A stretch of 57,180 bases of DNA from an uncultured Pseudomonadales bacterium (GCA_964583625.1 CAZOVA010000004.1:1-57180); one strand, 5' to 3'. Shown: positions 36,591 to 46,554, counted from the stretch's first letter. The notes: generated by a model not told the origin, from the sequence alone. Numbers and translations: made by a program.

Positions 36591-36791
36591 TTATTTCTTT
36601 TTCAAAACTGGCATGCCAGTACGAGTGGTTTCCACCACCTGATAACCGGCAGGAACGGCTTCCAAAGAACCTGGTCTTTGGTCACGAGCAAAGAAATAAA
36701 TAGTTTGCACCCGACCATTCTTCAAGGTCACGTCTTTGGTGTGCAAGTAATAGACTTGTCCTTTAGCATTAGTGTAACTGAATGCACTCAT
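36591..36791 (-). CDS. Small conserved-looking basic beta-rich protein
   Basis: 66 aa (YTNAKGQVYYLH...QTIYFFA...TGMPVLKK) with an upstream purine-rich SD and its own terminator. Confidence 0.75.
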   Translation of the reverse strand: MSAFSYTNAKGQVYYLHTKDVTLKNGRVQTIYFFARDQRPGSLEAVPAGYQVVETTRTGMPVLKKK

Positions 36792-36900
36792 ACTGCCTTT
36801 CTTCTGCCCTTAATATTCGAGCAATACTATTTTAATTAACTTTATAAGTGTTCTCAAGTTTACCTCTAGTTGCCTTCTTTGTCAAGAGGTAAATATTTTT

Positions 36901-37383
36901 CTACTTAACTTCTCCAGACAACAAGACTGATTCTCCTGAACGAACCTCCACTTGCAGAGGCAAACTTTCATCGTTTAGAGCGGTCGCTGCCCAAAAACCT
37001 GATTTTCCTAAAGTGAAATCCTTGATATGATTAAATTCTGTCTCCTCGTTCTTTTTGAGCCAAAGGGCATACTGATCAGCGGTCGATTCTGGTAGATTGG
37101 CTGTGACAGTCAGGAAAATCTTGCCATCTTTCTTCTCATAACGCAAGTCTCCTTGAAGATCGTCACCTTTGAGCTTAATGGTTTGATAATTCCCAATTCC
37201 TCTAGACATTTTTTCCAAAGAGGCTAGTTCAGCCACACTTAGTTCTTCGATTTCGGCTCCGGCAGTAATTTCTGGAGTGGCTAACTTTTCGGCGGTTCTG
37301 CGCTTATACCAACTGCTAGCAAAGAAAACTACCAATAAAACTGCTGCGATCGGTAAAACAAATGGTAAAACTTTTTTCATCAA
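36901..37383 (-). CDS. Membrane-anchored hypothetical protein (anti-sigma-K-like beta domain possible)
   Basis: N-terminal TM, then ANLP...YALWL...G beta-rich domain. Confidence 0.65.
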   Translation of the reverse strand: MMKKVLPFVLPIAAVLLVVFFASSWYKRRTAEKLATPEITAGAEIEELSVAELASLEKMSRGIGNYQTIKLKGDDLQGDLRYEKKDGKIFLTVTANLPESTADQYALWLKKNEETEFNHIKDFTLGKSGFWAATALNDESLPLQVEVRSGESVLLSGEVK

Positions 37384-37447
37384 ACCCCACCTTTCTATAT
37401 CAGATAGGTCTATTCTCTATGAAAAAGTTAAAATGTCAAGAGGCAAA

Positions 37448-38158
37448 TCAAGCCCCAGACCTTTCAATAATGATTTTTTCTTTACTGATCCCTTTTTCTT
37501 GAGCAATAGCTTGAACATCGCTAATCATCTGATCGTGACCACAGATATAAATCTGACTACTGGGAGGTAAATCTAGAGCGGATAGGTGTTCTGTTACATG
37601 GCCGCTTTCCCCTTTCCAAGCTGGTGAAGGACGAGAAATGATCGGTAAAAAATGAAAATGAGGATATTTTTCTTGCCATTCTTGAAACTCATCCAACCAA
37701 AAGAGACGATCTTCATAACGCATACCCCAAAGAAGAGTTAGGGGTCGTTTTTCTTTTTTATTGACTAATAAATCGACCAGCAGACCTTTGATAGGAGCAA
37801 TCCCGCAGCCATTGGCAATAAAAACCAGGTCAGTTATCTCTGGGTCTTCTTGAAAAATAAAATGACCTAATGGCGCCACACACTTAACTTCTTGCCCAAT
37901 TTGCAAATGACGTAAAAAGCTAGTACCTGGTCCTCCAGGAGAAAGATTAACTAATAAATCAAATCTTTTCAATAATTTACTATCACTACAAATAGAATAA
38001 GCTCTAGTTGTTTTCTCATCCACTTGCAGTAGAACATATTGACCAGCTAGACGTTCTAGTTCCTCTGGTTCGACTAAGGTAAATTGGAACTGAGTAAAGT
38101 CTTGATTAAAATCTTGACGCTGGCTCAAACGAGCGAGACATTGTTTGGGGGGGATCAT
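37448..38158 (-). CDS. FAD/NAD(P)-binding ferredoxin-reductase-type oxidoreductase
   Basis: AGQYV, RAYSICS, GPGTSFL, IANGCGIAPI, IYICGHDQMI. Confidence 0.9.
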   Translation of the reverse strand: MIPPKQCLARLSQRQDFNQDFTQFQFTLVEPEELERLAGQYVLLQVDEKTTRAYSICSDSKLLKRFDLLVNLSPGGPGTSFLRHLQIGQEVKCVAPLGHFIFQEDPEITDLVFIANGCGIAPIKGLLVDLLVNKKEKRPLTLLWGMRYEDRLFWLDEFQEWQEKYPHFHFLPIISRPSPAWKGESGHVTEHLSALDLPPSSQIYICGHDQMISDVQAIAQEKGISKEKIIIERSGA

Positions 38159-38178
38159 AAAAAATTTTCTAAATTCTT

Positions 38179-39405
38179 CTAAATTTTTATTTTATCCAAA
38201 ATCTCTGTACTGCTTAATAAGAGAGAGTCTGCTTCTGTCCGCGCTTTAAGTTCTATTTGTTCTCCTGTTTTTTCTGAAATTACCGCTCTCCAGGGACAGC
38301 CAAGCAAGTCAGCGGCAGCAAATTTGGCTCCAGCGCTTAAGTCTCTATCATCATAAATCACTTCAAGACCTGCTTGTAACCAACTTTGGTAAAGCTCCTC
38401 TGCTAGGGCAGATTTGTCACCCAAAGCAATTAAATAAACTGTGGCTGGTGCTAAATTTTTTGGCCAAAGTAAACCTTTTTCATCGTGATGAACTTCAGCT
38501 AAAATTCCCATTGCTCGACTAATACCAATGCCATAACAACCCATAATTGGATACACTACTTGATTGTCACTAGTAGTTACTTTTAGGTCGAAAGCCCGAG
38601 TAAACTTGTCACCTAGATCAAAAACATTCCCTGCTTCACTAGCTCGGGCCGTTTGCAAGGGCAGGCCACATTTAGGACAAGAGGTGCCACTGGCTACTTC
38701 TCCCATCTCTCTATTAATACAATAATTGCAAGCAGAGCAATAATAAATATCGTCCTCTCCCGCAGGAGTTAAAACCATATACTCATAAGACACTTTATTA
38801 CTAAAATTGCCCCCACTAGCCTCGGTCACTTTTACTGGCAGAGCTAATCGGGCAAATATTTTTAAATAAGCCTCCTTCACTTGTTGGTAATAATGGTCAA
38901 AATCGGCTTGATCTAAATGAAAAGAATAACCATCCTTCATTAAAAATTCTCGACCACGCAAAATGCCAGACTTGGCTCTTAATTCATCACGGAATTTCCA
39001 TTGAACTTGAAAAACTGCTTGTGGTAAATCCTTATAGGAATGGAGAATTTCTTTGAAAAGCGGGGTGACTATTTCTTCGTGAGACTGACCAAGAGCATAT
39101 TTTTTACCCGTTTGACTCTCTACCTTGAACAAGACATCAATCTTATCCCAGCCGCCAGTTTGACGCCAATTAGCCTCAGGGTGGAGAGCTGGCATTAAAA
39201 TTTCCTGCATCCCCAAAGCGAGCATCTCTTCTCGAACTATCTTTTCAATTTTACGTAAAACGGCTAAACCCAATGGGGTATAGATATAAACTCCAGCCAT
39301 CAACTGGCGAACAAAGCCAGCTTGTACTAAAAGACGATGATTGACCGTTTCTGCTTTAGCTGGGGCTTCTTTTAAGGGAGTAAAACTCAGTTGGGACATT
39401 TTCAT
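38179..39405 (-). CDS. proS: Proline--tRNA ligase (short, no INS editing domain)
   Basis: LLVQAGFVRQLMAGVY, KFRDELRAKSGILRGREFLMKDGYSF, MGCYGIGISR, anticodon-binding domain. Confidence 0.96.
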   Translation of the reverse strand: MKMSQLSFTPLKEAPAKAETVNHRLLVQAGFVRQLMAGVYIYTPLGLAVLRKIEKIVREEMLALGMQEILMPALHPEANWRQTGGWDKIDVLFKVESQTGKKYALGQSHEEIVTPLFKEILHSYKDLPQAVFQVQWKFRDELRAKSGILRGREFLMKDGYSFHLDQADFDHYYQQVKEAYLKIFARLALPVKVTEASGGNFSNKVSYEYMVLTPAGEDDIYYCSACNYCINREMGEVASGTSCPKCGLPLQTARASEAGNVFDLGDKFTRAFDLKVTTSDNQVVYPIMGCYGIGISRAMGILAEVHHDEKGLLWPKNLAPATVYLIALGDKSALAEELYQSWLQAGLEVIYDDRDLSAGAKFAAADLLGCPWRAVISEKTGEQIELKARTEADSLLLSSTEILDKIKI

Positions 39406-39586
39406 GGTGATTATTATACACTAGAATTACTTGACAGGCTAAAGTTTATTGGTCATGATTATTAAACTTATGATTATTGAGGGCACTATTTCAAAAAAAA
39501 GACAGTCTTTATTTTTTCTGAAAACTCTAACTAAAATAGGGCCGAATTGCTAAACTTTACTGTTTTATGGATAAGCTTGACACTTT

Positions 39587-39663
39587 TGGTGGTCGCACCA
39601 GGATTCGAACCTGGGACCTCTCGAATGTGAATCGAACGCTCTAACCAACTGAGCCATGCGACC
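39587..39663 (-). tRNA. tRNA-Val(CAC), CCA encoded
   Basis: Reverse strand GGTCGCA...TGCGACC-ACCA; TTCGA-TTCACAT-TCGAG; CCAGG-TTCGAAT-CCTGG. Confidence 0.96.
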
Positions 39664-39710
39664 AAAGTAAGGGTAATTATATCATGAAAGATAAGGCTTA
39701 AATAAAAACT

Positions 39711-40049
39711 CTAAAGGGCGGTCGGTGTTTCTTTTTTAAAACCACCCAAAAGATGAAGGTGCAAATGAGGGACTGCTTGAACTTTATCCCCGACATTGAG
39801 ATGAAGTTTGTAGTTATCAGCTACTTTAAGTTCTCGAGCTAGTTTTCTCGCTAATTGAAGTAAACGCAGCTGCATCTGATCTTCCATCGCCACTGCCTCC
39901 AATGTGGGATAGGCTTTTTTAGGAACAATTAAAACGTGAACTTTGGCCGCTGGAGCAATATCATCAAAAGCAATAAACTCATCATCCTCATAAATGATAT
40001 TGGCTGGTAATTCTCGATCAATAATCTTTTCAAAAACAGTTTTACTCAT
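39711..40049 (-). CDS. HIT family nucleotide-binding protein
   Basis: TVFEKII, DIAPAAKVHVLIVPK, HLHLHLLGG. Confidence 0.93.
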   Translation of the reverse strand: MSKTVFEKIIDRELPANIIYEDDEFIAFDDIAPAAKVHVLIVPKKAYPTLEAVAMEDQMQLRLLQLARKLARELKVADNYKLHLNVGDKVQAVPHLHLHLLGGFKKETPTAL

Positions 40050-40050
40050 T

Positions 40051-42099
40051 TTAAAATGATGCCTTGTAGGCAGTATCACCTGTCACCATAATTTCTTCCT
40101 GATTTTCATTAACATCAATTAGGTGTTTTACTAATCGCAAACCTCCCTGTTGCCAAATTTTCAAATTGTAATTTTGAGTATCGGTATAGGGGACGCTATA
40201 TTCCAATTCAATTTTGGCAGTGCTGTCAGGATTGAGAGAAAAATAACCATCAATCACTGTAAAACCTTCCTCTTGAGCAACTGTGGGCGGACTTTTATAG
40301 CCTTTGGCATTGATGAGTTCGGAGTTGGCTGGTAAATAAATTCTTTGCCAGTCATTATTAGTAGCATTCAAACAAAGTTGCCCTGCTTCCAAATTGCAAT
40401 TATCTCCTGGTTGCGAATTGCGATAATTAATTGATAATTGTTTAGTCAAGCGTCCAGCTTCTGGCGGCAATATTGTTTGTTTGACATCATAGTCGATAAA
40501 AAGATTGGATTTCGCCCCGCCTAAATTAGCATCGACAATAGCAAGAAAATCTTGATTGACAACTGGAGCCTCCATTCGCCCCGCAGCATTAATTTTTTCC
40601 GCTGCCTTTTGTAGTTCTGGATCAATAAAATAAGCCTGAACATGTTTGCCATTCAAACTGCTAAGAGCCACTTGGAATAAATTGGGGAACTGCTCACTGG
40701 TAGCCGAATAAACTTTGGTGAGAATAGCTGCCATCATTGGCCCTAAAACTCCTTTTCGATCAGTTCGCAAATAAGGAGTGGGTTTAGTAATAATTTCCGA
40801 CAAAGCAATAACAATTTGAGGGGCATTATATTTCTTATCTAACTCGGTACTAAAAGTTCCATATCCAGGCACTTCAACTGGACCTAAAACATCAATCAAA
40901 CCTGTTAATACTTGAGTGTCAAGAGCGATAATACCATCAATATCTTGTGGTTCACCTTTCATCGTTTGATAATGTTCCAAAAAAGTTGCCATTGATTGGG
41001 CAAAATCTGGGTCAATATTCATATCTCGCAAATGCCAATACTTTTCAGTGGTTAAATATTTGCCAAGTTTTTCAGGAATAGCAATCCTTTTGGTAAACTT
41101 TTTATCAAGTTCATAAATATCATCACTTAATTCAGTGGTTACCTTGCCGTCCTCCAAATAAATAATCGCATAGGCCGTAAGAAAGCCACCAGTGGGGCGT
41201 AATTCATTATTATTTTGGAATAAAACTAAATATTTCTTTTTACCGCTTTCTCCTGCTCCCATCATGGCTGGCAATTTCAAAATTGCTGGTTGATATTCGG
41301 CAAAAGAATTCACTAAAGTGTCGGTTTGTTGACGTAATTGCTGCACTAAATCTCTGGCTGGTAGGTCTTGCCAGTCGCTTTTATTCATCTTTTGTAAAAT
41401 GAATTTAGCTCCCCATAAATCACCTAATTTTTCGGGATAGTCTTGAGGATCAACTGTTTGAATTTGTGTTTGAGCCTGATGTAGGTCTTGTGAAATCTCA
41501 TCTAACTCTGGACCAACCAAAGCAATGGTGTCCAAAAGTTTCTTAATCCGATCTTCGGCTACTCCCCCTTCAGCTTTCTTTTCAACACTAAAACCCAAAA
41601 CATCAGCGTGAGGGGTGATAACTGCAATTGTTTTTTTAGCTGCTTGCAAACCAGAGTCAGCTGCCGCCATTAGAGCCAAACCGTCTTCATATTTGTTTTT
41701 CTGGCCTAAAAGGTTCAAAGGTAAACGGAATTGTTGATAATCTGTTCTAGTCTTTTGAAAACTCTTTTCTAATTCTTGCAATTTGAGGGTGGTGTGGGGC
41801 AGATTTTGAGCTTTAAAAAGAGCATAGGTTTCTTTCCCTAAGTTCATAGTTTCTTGAGATTGGACTTTAAAATCATTGGCAATAGACCGATAGGCCAAAG
41901 CTAAAACGGTAATCGCACTCAAACTCATTACTAGTAAAACAGCTACTATTAGCAATAGCCAGCGCCACCAAGTTGCTTTTTTTTGAGGAGTTTGAAGTTC
42001 TTTTTGTTGTTCTTTTTCCATTTCAATTTTGCCCAACTTCACTTTTTGCTCTTTTCCTCTATCATCAATTAAGGATTTTTTCATTTTTACTTCAACCAT
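40051..42099 (-). CDS. DUF4012 domain membrane-anchored protein
   Basis: N-terminal TM, coiled coil, KYLVLFQNNNELRPTGGF, RDMNIDPDF, NLGGAKSN. Confidence 0.85.
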   Translation of the reverse strand: MVEVKMKKSLIDDRGKEQKVKLGKIEMEKEQQKELQTPQKKATWWRWLLLIVAVLLVMSLSAITVLALAYRSIANDFKVQSQETMNLGKETYALFKAQNLPHTTLKLQELEKSFQKTRTDYQQFRLPLNLLGQKNKYEDGLALMAAADSGLQAAKKTIAVITPHADVLGFSVEKKAEGGVAEDRIKKLLDTIALVGPELDEISQDLHQAQTQIQTVDPQDYPEKLGDLWGAKFILQKMNKSDWQDLPARDLVQQLRQQTDTLVNSFAEYQPAILKLPAMMGAGESGKKKYLVLFQNNNELRPTGGFLTAYAIIYLEDGKVTTELSDDIYELDKKFTKRIAIPEKLGKYLTTEKYWHLRDMNIDPDFAQSMATFLEHYQTMKGEPQDIDGIIALDTQVLTGLIDVLGPVEVPGYGTFSTELDKKYNAPQIVIALSEIITKPTPYLRTDRKGVLGPMMAAILTKVYSATSEQFPNLFQVALSSLNGKHVQAYFIDPELQKAAEKINAAGRMEAPVVNQDFLAIVDANLGGAKSNLFIDYDVKQTILPPEAGRLTKQLSINYRNSQPGDNCNLEAGQLCLNATNNDWQRIYLPANSELINAKGYKSPPTVAQEEGFTVIDGYFSLNPDSTAKIELEYSVPYTDTQNYNLKIWQQGGLRLVKHLIDVNENQEEIMVTGDTAYKASF

Positions 42100-42154
42100 A
42101 AAATTAGCTTTCTTTTCACTGGTTCATTATACTGTAATTGGTGATAATCTGCAA

Positions 42155-42718
42155 TTATTTTAAGTTTTTTAAGACTTTTTTGACGATCTCTGCCACACTT
42201 AAATCGGCTAATTCCAATTGGGCAAGTTGTTTTTCAATTTGTTCATCTGGCAAACCTAAAGCTTGCAGAGCTTCAAAAGAGTCTTGATAGGCTTGAGATT
42301 TGGGAGCTAAATCTAAATCTTTTAGTCCGCCCAGTTTTCCCTTAAGCTCAATGATCAACTTTTGCGCTACTTTTTTACCAACCCGCGGAAAAGCGGTAAA
42401 AAAACTAATATTAGCTTGTTTGATGGCTTCAATAATTCTCTCGCTTCCAGCCGCCGTAATCGCGAGAGCCATCTTCGGGCCGCAACCAGAAACACTAACT
42501 AATAATTCAAAAAGCTGTAAGTCAGCGGCTTGCAAAAAACCATAAAGTTCCAATCTATCCTGTCGAAAATAGGTATAGATAAAAAGTTCGATTTCTTGAT
42601 CACTCACTTCACCCAAAACCTTTTGCGTCACAAAAACCTTATAACCAACTCCGCTATTGGTTTGTACTGAAAGACTATCACTAAAAACTCTGGCTTTGCC
42701 AACTAAATAATTAATCAT
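42155..42718 (-). CDS. ruvA: Holliday junction branch migration protein RuvA
   Basis: GVGYKV, ELYGF, LVSVSGCGPKMAL, VGKKVAQKLIIELKGK. Confidence 0.95.
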   Translation of the reverse strand: MINYLVGKARVFSDSLSVQTNSGVGYKVFVTQKVLGEVSDQEIELFIYTYFRQDRLELYGFLQAADLQLFELLVSVSGCGPKMALAITAAGSERIIEAIKQANISFFTAFPRVGKKVAQKLIIELKGKLGGLKDLDLAPKSQAYQDSFEALQALGLPDEQIEKQLAQLELADLSVAEIVKKVLKNLK

Positions 42719-42723
42719 AAATT

Positions 42724-44217
42724 TTACTTATTCCTCAAACTTTTAAATTCCAACCATAATTTTTTTCTTCCACATAATAACAAAACCAAAAGATAAATCA
42801 AACCGCTCAGTAAACCTCCTAATATAAGTTGACGCCAATCTTGTAGCCAATATTTTTGTCCCATTAAGGCAAAGGCAGCCATCGCCACCGAAGATAAAAG
42901 TTGCCGCCAAATATTGGGCCAAAGAACAAAACCAGTAAATTTCTTTACCATCATCACTGGAAAAACACTGGTAAAGGAAATTAAAAAAGCTGACCAAGCT
43001 ACTCCCTCAAAGCCTAAATAATTTATTAGGGGAAAAGTTAGGCCCCAAGTCAGCAGGGTCCAAAAAATCATTAGCTTGAGAGTTTGATTGATCCTGCCTG
43101 TCGCATTCAAGGTATTAGTGAGCGGGCTAGATATGGCCGACCAAGCAATAGAGAGCGTGAAAAGAACAAAGGTGGGAATTGCTGCTTGCCATTTGGCATA
43201 ACTGGGAATCACTACCGTTAGCGGATAAATAAAAGTGATCATTCCTGTGATAATAGGAAAAATGACCAAAGTAATGAAAAAGAGAGATTTTTCTAAGGCT
43301 TTTCTTAATAGATCAAGGCGATCTTGCAGACGAGAGAAAGTGGGAAAAGTAATATTCATAATATTTTGGACAGTTAAATTGTATGGATACATAGACCAAT
43401 TCTTTGCCCAGCTAATATAACCAAATTCTTGAGCGGGTAATTGCCAGCCAACTACTAGATAAAAAAGATTGTCTTTGATTCTCGCCAACAGATCATTAGC
43501 TTGAAATTTTAATCCAAATTTAATTGTTTTTTTGAAAGAAATCTTATCAAAAAACCAGGCTGGACGATAAGGTTTAATGATCAACATCACTATTACTCCC
43601 ACTATTGCTCTAGCCAAAATAGCATAGGCATAAGCCATGACTCCAAACCCGCGCCAAGCTAAGGTAATTAAAATTAAATTGTAAAAAATTTGTTCAAAGA
43701 TTTGAGGGATAACTAGCTTGTAAAATTTCATCTCTCTAGCCAATTTAATAGAGGAAACAGTTTTGAGGGTAGCGAGAGGAAAAGAAATTGCCAAAGCTAA
43801 TAAAATCCAGTTGCCAGCGATGGTGGTTTTTTGCTGAACTAAACCACTAAGAACCAAAGCTAAAGCTAAAACAAAAATCACCCAAGATAAGGCTTGCTGA
43901 GTCCAAAAGACAGTGTGATAATCATTATTTTTTGGCTCTTTTTTCGCTTGAATCAGACTAGAGGCTAGACCAACATCAGAAAAAAAGACCAAAATAGCAT
44001 TAATTTGCATAACAAAACCATAAACCCCAAAATCAGCTGGATCAAGAAAAGCCATTAATAAAAAATTAGCGATTAAAGCAATAAGATTTAGTCCCAAAGT
44101 GGTCCCAAAATAGGAGAGCGCTCCTAAAACAGACCGTTTTTTTAAATTTTGCACATCTAGCTCTTCATTCTCGCTAGTAAGATTTACGACTTTGGTCACC
44201 TTTGCACTTTCTGCCAT
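42724..44217 (-). CDS. Oligosaccharide flippase (Wzx/MOP family)
   Basis: About 12-14 TM, LDPADFGVYG, FSDVGLASSLIQ, FPTFSRLQ. Confidence 0.88.
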   Translation of the reverse strand: MAESAKVTKVVNLTSENEELDVQNLKKRSVLGALSYFGTTLGLNLIALIANFLLMAFLDPADFGVYGFVMQINAILVFFSDVGLASSLIQAKKEPKNNDYHTVFWTQQALSWVIFVLALALVLSGLVQQKTTIAGNWILLALAISFPLATLKTVSSIKLAREMKFYKLVIPQIFEQIFYNLILITLAWRGFGVMAYAYAILARAIVGVIVMLIIKPYRPAWFFDKISFKKTIKFGLKFQANDLLARIKDNLFYLVVGWQLPAQEFGYISWAKNWSMYPYNLTVQNIMNITFPTFSRLQDRLDLLRKALEKSLFFITLVIFPIITGMITFIYPLTVVIPSYAKWQAAIPTFVLFTLSIAWSAISSPLTNTLNATGRINQTLKLMIFWTLLTWGLTFPLINYLGFEGVAWSAFLISFTSVFPVMMVKKFTGFVLWPNIWRQLLSSVAMAAFALMGQKYWLQDWRQLILGGLLSGLIYLLVLLLCGRKKLWLEFKSLRNK

Positions 44218-46013
44218 AAAAAATAAACTACCAATCCCGATAAAGTCAACAAACTAAGACTATTGGAGAACAAACGCAAGGGAGTGGGGCATAATTTAAT
44301 CACTACTTGATTTTCACCAGCAGGAAGCCAAAAACTAAGATTGCCTCTGACACTGGTTTGTGACAATATCTTCTCTTGATTAATTTTTACTTGCCACTGA
44401 GGGTAGACGCTGAGAGGTAATTCGATTAATTCTGGTTGTTGAATATTAAACAAATAAATTTTTTCTTGAGGCTCATCTTTAATAATCGTCATGGGTTTTG
44501 AACCTGACAAGACCTTTTGTTCAAGTGGCACCGCTTCCCAAGAGTTGGCAAAATCTTTGGGTAAATAATCCACTAAAACATAGCTGGCTTTTTGTCTAAG
44601 GTCCTCAGCTCCACTATTATAATAAGCCCTAGCATCGGGCTGATTTGGATCTCCTTGAAAATACCGCCAGCTAGTGGCAAAAGTGAGAAGTAAAAGCAAA
44701 ACCAACCCAAGATTTTGCCAAAATTTACTTTTCAACTGACTTAAACTATAAGGGGCAATAATGGCAATAAAAAGTAGAGCCAGACTTAAAAACCGCCAAG
44801 GAAATTGAGCAAAGGCTAAAAGCGATTGACTCCATTGCCAAACTACCAAAGAAAGATAAGTTGTCAACCAAAGATTGAGAGCGCATAAAAACAAAATTCC
44901 CCAATAAAAAAGAGGGTGGTAACTATTGTCTTCCTCCTGTTTAATTGAAATTAATTTTTTCTTAGCCAGCTGCGCAGAATTTTTTGTTTTTCCTTTTTTA
45001 CTCAAAAAAGAGCTAACTATCTGAACAAACAAAGTCGCACCAGCAAAAAATAAAGCCACCATTTGTCCCCAGCCAAGAAAGAAACTTAAGCCGTCTTCAG
45101 GACCATAACCACTCCCGCCATAGCCGAAATAGTTTTTAAATAATTGTTTGGGATAAACAAAATGCAATTTATAATCAAAATAATCGTCTAGAATCCAGCT
45201 CTTCAATTGGGTTTGATCTTGCTCAAAAAAAGCTGGCAAAAGATAAAAGGCACTCAGGGCTGCAACTAATAAACCAGCAGTTAAAATTTGTCTGCTAAAA
45301 AGCAAAAAATTAAAACCAGATTTTTTGATTGTTTTTTGTGAGGAAAGAGAGGTCTTTTTATCTGTCTTTTTATTTAAAAAATCTTTATTAAACAAGAGAA
45401 TTAAAACATAAATAATCACGCTTGGAATCGCTAATAAGGTGGTGATATTATGAGAAAGAGCCAAACCAACACCTCCCAAAACACTCCAAAAGAGACCGCC
45501 TGTTTTGCGTTGAGCAATTTTGGTTAAACCATAAAATAATAAGGGCAAAAAGGCTATTGCCCAAATCTCACTCAAAGCTCCACGAGCAAAAATGTCCATC
45601 GCTCGATAAGGGGCGAGAGTAGCCAATACGGCACTCAAAAGCGCGAAACGTGAAGTATTATAGATTTCCTTCGACCAAAAATAGACCGCCCAAAAAGTCA
45701 CTAGCTGACTGAAAAAAAATAACAGCTTCACACTCCAAACTAAATCCAAACCACATAAAAAAAGTAGAGCTCCCAAAAAATAGGGTAGAGGAGCATAAAA
45801 TTGAAAAAGGGGCATACCATAACCCCAACCTAAATTCTGACTCCAAATGACTGGCAAATCCCAAGCTTGTAAACCTCGAGCCATTTCTGCAATTCGGGCA
45901 CCATGCAAAAAATCATGAGTATAAAACATCTTTTCTTGAAAAAAGAAAAAACTGCTAACAAATAAAGCTAACAAAAAAACTAAACCCAGCCAGACTTGCT
46001 TTTTAGTCCACAT
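44196..46013 (-). CDS. GT-C membrane glycosyltransferase-like protein (PTPS-related/YfhO type)
   Basis: THDFLH..R, GYGMPLFQFYAPLPY, PYRAMDIFARGALSE, LSHNITT, QFPWRF. Confidence 0.8.
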   Translation of the reverse strand: MWTKKQVWLGLVFLLALFVSSFFFFQEKMFYTHDFLHGARIAEMARGLQAWDLPVIWSQNLGWGYGMPLFQFYAPLPYFLGALLFLCGLDLVWSVKLLFFFSQLVTFWAVYFWSKEIYNTSRFALLSAVLATLAPYRAMDIFARGALSEIWAIAFLPLLFYGLTKIAQRKTGGLFWSVLGGVGLALSHNITTLLAIPSVIIYVLILLFNKDFLNKKTDKKTSLSSQKTIKKSGFNFLLFSRQILTAGLLVAALSAFYLLPAFFEQDQTQLKSWILDDYFDYKLHFVYPKQLFKNYFGYGGSGYGPEDGLSFFLGWGQMVALFFAGATLFVQIVSSFLSKKGKTKNSAQLAKKKLISIKQEEDNSYHPLFYWGILFLCALNLWLTTYLSLVVWQWSQSLLAFAQFPWRFLSLALLFIAIIAPYSLSQLKSKFWQNLGLVLLLLLTFATSWRYFQGDPNQPDARAYYNSGAEDLRQKASYVLVDYLPKDFANSWEAVPLEQKVLSGSKPMTIIKDEPQEKIYLFNIQQPELIELPLSVYPQWQVKINQEKILSQTSVRGNLSFWLPAGENQVVIKLCPTPLRLFSNSLSLLTLSGLVVYFLWQKVQR

Positions 46014-46097
46014 AAACTTTTACTTATTATAGTATAACTTGTAAAAGTAAATTTTAAAACTTAAAGTCTTAGGAATTATAAAAAAACAAATATGAAC

Positions 46098-46460
46098 TCA
46101 AAACTGGCCACTTAATAGCACTTGCCACTCTTGCCAAGGACTATTATTAGAATCAGTTATTAGGGGCAATTTTCTCTCTTGATACTGCCAATTAGCCAAT
46201 TCTAAATTTTCTTCACCAGGAGCTTTGAGCCATTTTTGATCATGAATAATTCTCGCTTGGGTTAATGGTGAAGATGCCAATTTTTCTTGATAAATCAGCT
46301 CTTGTTCTCTTAATAATAATCTTTTTTGTTCTGCTTGAGCCAAGGCTAAATTTTCTTTAATTTTCTCTGTCTGCCAGCTCGAACGGCGCATGGACAAAGA
46401 GAAGCTCACAGCTAAAATAGTGAAAAAAATTATAAATATAGGTCGAAAGATAATTTTCAT
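46098..46460 (-). CDS. Septum formation initiator (FtsB/DivIC/FtsL-like)
   Basis: N-terminal TM then coiled coil and a PGE motif. Confidence 0.6.
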   Translation of the reverse strand: MKIIFRPIFIIFFTILAVSFSLSMRRSSWQTEKIKENLALAQAEQKRLLLREQELIYQEKLASSPLTQARIIHDQKWLKAPGEENLELANWQYQERKLPLITDSNNSPWQEWQVLLSGQF

Positions 46461-46554
46461 GCTTGACTAAATGACAAAGTTATGATATTATAAGTCATTC
46501 TAGTTATTATAACTAGATCAAATCGAACTTTGATTATAAAAAAAAAAGGAAAAG

